36,630 nucleotides of DNA from Octopus bimaculoides (taxonomy: Eukaryota): positions 52,128,575-52,165,204 of the forward strand of contig NC_068991.1 of the NCBI RefSeq assembly GCF_001194135.2, read 5' to 3'. Below the pieces are notes generated by a model. The model made no database searches. It was given only the letters and a program-made list of their open reading frames with translations, and was not told the origin of the DNA. This document shows, in pieces, positions 32,117-36,630 of this stretch. Made by a program: the position numbers and the translations under genes. Numbering within the stretch: the stretch's first letter is position 1; each line of letters opens with the position of its first letter.

Positions 32117-32987
32117 NNNNNNNNNNNNNNNNNNNNNNNNNNNNNNNNNNNNNNNNNNNNNNNNNNNNNNNNNNNNNNNNNNNNNNNNNNNNNNNNNNNN
32201 NNNNNNNNNNNNNNNNNNNNNNNNNNNNNNNNNNNNNNNNNNNNNNNNNNNNNNNNNNNNNNNNNNNNNNNNNNNNNNNNNNNNNNNNNNNNNNNNNNNN
32301 NNNNNNNNNNNNNNNNNNNNNNNNNNNNNNNNNNNNNNNNNNNNNNNNNNNNNNNNNNNNNNNNNNNNNNNNNNNNNNNNNNNNNNNNNNNNNNNNNNNN
32401 NNNNNNNNNNNNNNNNNNNNNNNNNNNNNNNNNNNNNNNNNNNNNNNNNNNNNNNNNNNNNNNNNNNNNNNNNNNNNNNNNNNNNNNNNNNNNNNNNNNN
32501 NNNNNNNNNNNNNNNNNNNNNNNNNNNNNNNNNNNNNNNNNNNNNNNNNNNNNNNNNNNNNNNNNNNNNNNNNNNNNNNNNNNNNNNNNNNNNNNNNNNN
32601 NNNNNNNNNNNNNNNNNNNNNNNNNNNNNNNNNNNNNNNNNNNNNNNNNNNNNNNNNNNNNNNNNNNNNNNNNNNNNNNNNNNNNNNNNNNNNNNNNNNN
32701 NNNNNNNNNNNNNNNNNNNNNNNNNNNNNNNNNNNNNNNNNNNNNNNNNNNNNNNNNNNNNNNNNNNNNNNNNNNNNNNNNNNNNNNNNNNNNNNNNNNN
32801 NNNNNNNNNNNNNNNNNNNNNNNNNNNNNNNNNNNNNNNNNNNNNNNNNNNNNNNNNNNNNNNNNNNNNNNNNNNNNNNNNNNNNNNNNNNNNNNNNNNN
32901 NNNNNNNNNNNNNNNNNNNNNNNNNNNNNNNNNNNNNNNNNNNNNNNNNNNNNNNNNNNNNNNNNNNNNNNNNNNNNNNNNNNNNNN
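32117..32987. other. Assembly gap (871 N)
   Basis: N run. Confidence 0.99.
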
Positions 32988-33539
32988 ACAAATATGTGCA
33001 CACTCACACCACAGACGAACACACACACACACACACACACACATGCACAGACACACACACACACGCGCACTCACGCACATGTGCTCGCGCACGCGCACAC
33101 CGACACTCACTCCGACAGACATACACATCTGTTGGCACACTTAGAGACACGTCGCTAAACTTTAACGTATTTAACAGCTAGCTACACGTATACAACCAAA
33201 GCTTTTTCTTCTTCTACTTCTCTCTCCTCTACACATATAAATAATATAACCCTGTCTATCTGTGTGCGTGTTTATATATCTACTTGCCTTGGTTATTGGT
33301 TTATTCAGTGAAGACATCTGTCCATGCTCACTTGGATTACTAAGCAGTGTGTGACTCGTCAAACATTGAGGAAGCTATTTTTTCCCCTTTCTTCTTCTGT
33401 TGACCACTGCACATTATCAATGATCGGTCGTCGCTTATAACTAAACACTGTCTCTCTTCAAAAACACTCTTTCTTACATGTGAGTAGCGAAATTTCCTTG
33501 AGTAATTTTCAGACTTTCTGTACCTATGTTGAAATGTCC

Positions 33540-33763
33540 TCTTTCATTCTATCTCTCCCTCTCTCTCTCTCTCTTTCTCTCATCCTCACTCTCTCTCTCT
33601 CTCTTTCTCCGTCTCTCAAATTTGTACGTTAACCACACATTATGCATACATACAAATAAGTTGACATATTTATTTGTTTATATACGCACACATAAATATA
33701 TATATAGAACTGCTTAGTATTTATGCCTATATATATCTGTGTATGCATGTGTATATATGTATG

Positions 33764-33835
<72 letters not shown>

Positions 33836-33860
33836 TGTGTGTGTGTACACTCACATATAC
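33540..33860. repeat. (CT)n, (AT)n and (GT)n microsatellites
   Basis: Direct reading. Confidence 0.85.
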
Positions 33861-34084
33861 AAACGTTTTAGTTGTATGGTCCCTCTTATACAGCCGGTAC
33901 ACTGGCTTTGAAAGGGACCAGCTGAAACAATCGGGTACAACTTTGGGAGTTTCCACGCCTGTCATCGATTTTTGACGGTGACTGGAGGTTAGATAAGCAT
34001 CTAGATGGCACATCGCTGATTTAAATACTGGCTGATTTAGATACTGAAATCATCTCTACAAGCATTCTATCATGCTATCACTGA

Positions 34085-34205
34085 AGTGGAACTATATTTA
34101 TCGACCCCGAAAGGCTACGTTGACTATATCGGGATTTGAACACAGGACTGAGAGGGCTGGAACACGCGCAGCAGGGCATTCTATCGGACACAGTAACGAC
34201 TCAGC
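34085..34205 (-). mobile_element. Decayed family B-related SINE fragment
   Basis: 'tatttatcgaccccgaaaggctacgttgactatatcgggatttgaacacag' resembles the family B core and B-box. Confidence 0.5.
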
Positions 34206-34320
34206 CACATTTACACACAAATATATAAATATGGAAGTGTGTGTGTGCATGTGTGTGTATGTGTGCATGCACACATATATGTGTATATGTAAAGATTTAC
34301 CAAAATTATTTTGTGTGTGG

Positions 34321-34370
<50 letters not shown>

Positions 34371-34570
34371 GTATATATTATAGATATGTATAAATGTATG
34401 TGTTTATGTATATTTTTATGTAAATATATGAGTATATATATATATATATATATATATATGCTTGTTGAAAATTGTATATATATATTTGCAGAGAACTTAC
34501 CAAAGTTCGTCAAGTGGCATGCATGAAACTTTTAGCCCTTATATCACTTTGGTAACGTGTAAATATATAT

Positions 34571-34610
<40 letters not shown>

Positions 34611-35250
34611 NNNNNNNNNNNNNNNNNNNNNNNNNNNNNNNNNNNNNNNNNNNNNNNNNNNNNNNNNNNNNNNNNNNNNNNNNNNNNNNNNNNNNNNNNN
34701 NNNNNNNNNNNNNNNNNNNNNNNNNNNNNNNNNNNNNNNNNNNNNNNNNNNNNNNNNNNNNNNNNNNNNNNNNNNNNNNNNNNNNNNNNNNNNNNNNNNN
34801 NNNNNNNNNNNNNNNNNNNNNNNNNNNNNNNNNNNNNNNNNNNNNNNNNNNNNNNNNNNNNNNNNNNNNNNNNNNNNNNNNNNNNNNNNNNNNNNNNNNN
34901 NNNNNNNNNNNNNNNNNNNNNNNNNNNNNNNNNNNNNNNNNNNNNNNNNNNNNNNNNNNNNNNNNNNNNNNNNNNNNNNNNNNNNNNNNNNNNNNNNNNN
35001 NNNNNNNNNNNNNNNNNNNNNNNNNNNNNNNNNNNNNNNNNNNNNNNNNNNNNNNNNNNNNNNNNNNNNNNNNNNNNNNNNNNNNNNNNNNNNNNNNNNN
35101 NNNNNNNNNNNNNNNNNNNNNNNNNNNNNNNNNNNNNNNNNNNNNNNNNNNNNNNNNNNNNNNNNNNNNNNNNNNNNNNNNNNNNNNNNNNNNNNNNNNN
35201 NNNNNNNNNNNNNNNNNNNNNNNNNNNNNNNNNNNNNNNNNNNNNNNNNN
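34611..35250. other. Assembly gap (640 N) inside (AT)n
   Basis: N run flanked by (AT)n on both sides. Confidence 0.99.
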
Positions 35251-35305
<55 letters not shown>

Positions 35306-36089
35306 GTATGTAAGCATGTGTGTGTGTGTGTGTGTGCGTGTGTATACCAGCCATTCAGGTTTTCGCTACTCGGTCCAGCGTTCGATTCCACTGACTGGCC
35401 ACTTTGCGAAAATGTTATTTACAATAGCCTCGAGTTTCTAAATTAAGTGCGGAAGCCCGAGAAGTGTACCTGTAATTAGAACTTTCTATCTCTCTGTCTT
35501 TCTAAGTATATTTATCTATCAGTCAATGGGCATTGAAAAGTGTATCTGTATGTGTGCGCGTGCGTATAAGTGTGCGCGTGTGCGTGTGTGTACATAAGAA
35601 TACATATTGCCAATGTAGACGTCGGGTACAATTCGCTGAAATATTTATTTGTGGCACAGCCGGACATACATTGCCACTGTGCTCCGTCTTCTAACAACGA
35701 CATAGCAATAGTAATGATGTTCCAGTACTCAAAGTTCCGAGTTCAAATCGGAAACTGGTCAGCTTTGTCATCGATCTGTTGTCAATAAAGAAACCGTCAA
35801 TGGTTGTGAATAAGAGGAATTTTTACGGAATACACAGGACGGTTGCTGTGTTTGTACATTATTTGGGACGGTGACAACATTAACAGCTTACTTGTATCGA
35901 CTTGCCTTTAATTTGCACGATATTAATAGCGTGGGCATTTAATACAGTTCGATGAAAATACCTGGCAGAAACTGAGCCTTCGAGTTTTAGAGTAAAACAT
36001 TCTAGGTAGAGATGCACTGTAAAATAAACATATATCATAACTCAGAGCAGAAACTTCGAAGTCACAGTCAATAATATTCTTGCTTAAAA

Positions 36090-36123
36090 CACACATACAT
36101 AGATATATATATATATTTACATG

Positions 36124-36181
<58 letters not shown>

Positions 36182-36630
36182 TATAGATAGATAGATGTGT
36201 GTGTGTGTGTGTATGTTTATACCAATATGAACATATACCAATATATGTTTATATATATACATATATGCAGATATGTGTTTGTCTGGAAGTATGCATATAT
36301 ATATAAAATATAGAGAGATGGATACATAGATAGACAGACAGACAGACAGATAGATAGATAGAGAAAGAGAGAGATATTGCGTGTGTATACATATGGATAT
36401 TTATATGCATATGTATGTGTGTGTATATATGTGTGTGTGTGTGTGTGTGTATACATGTATGTATGTTTGTATGTATGTATATATGTATGTATACATGGCA
36501 TAGTGCCAACATTTCAAGCCAATATAATTGGCAATAAATAATTGTATATACATATATATATATATGTGTGTGTATGCATGTATATATATATATACATCAT
36601 GCATGTATATATATATATATATATATATAT
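36090..36630. repeat. Compound microsatellite / low-complexity tract
   Basis: Direct reading: (AT)n, (AGAT)n, (AGAC)n, (GT)n, (GTAT)n. Confidence 0.85.

Noticed and set aside
59-36604. Most ORFs in the supplied track (poly-YI, HT, CV and X runs; up to 427 aa)
   Set aside because: They are translations of dinucleotide and tetranucleotide microsatellites, N gaps or SINE bodies, with no protein-like content.

Overview
This is AT-rich eukaryotic intronic or intergenic DNA. The repeat families match those I recall from Octopus genomes (O. bimaculoides-like assembly); that assignment is from memory, not a search. About 3.5 kb (roughly 10%) is N, in 7 assembly gaps that mostly abut microsatellites. 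No intact protein-coding gene, tRNA or rRNA gene, or CRISPR array is supportable. Nearly all ORFs in the supplied track are translated microsatellites, N runs or SINE sequence. The window is a mosaic of three kinds of tRNA-derived SINE (called A, B and C here), four decayed 3' fragments of R4/Dong-type restriction-like-endonuclease (RLE) LINEs, Penelope-like terminal repeats, two mariner MITEs, two hAT-type elements with 8-bp TSDs, a possible Helitron, and many simple repeats. I found no convincing novel multi-gene system. The best second-look items are: a unique ~90-nt hairpin at 13979-14070 (miRNA-like); minimal hammerhead-ribozyme-like motifs with an atypical CUGU core in Penelope-like repeats; a ~26-bp-spaced E-box array at 15862-15985; an RLE LINE split and inverted at a 10-bp microhomology; an unclassified ~280-bp element present twice; a strong-signal micro-exon candidate at 4535-4567; a SINE with a 29-bp TSD; and a recurrent dimeric SINE. 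Repeat boundaries were read by eye and are approximate unless exact motifs are quoted.
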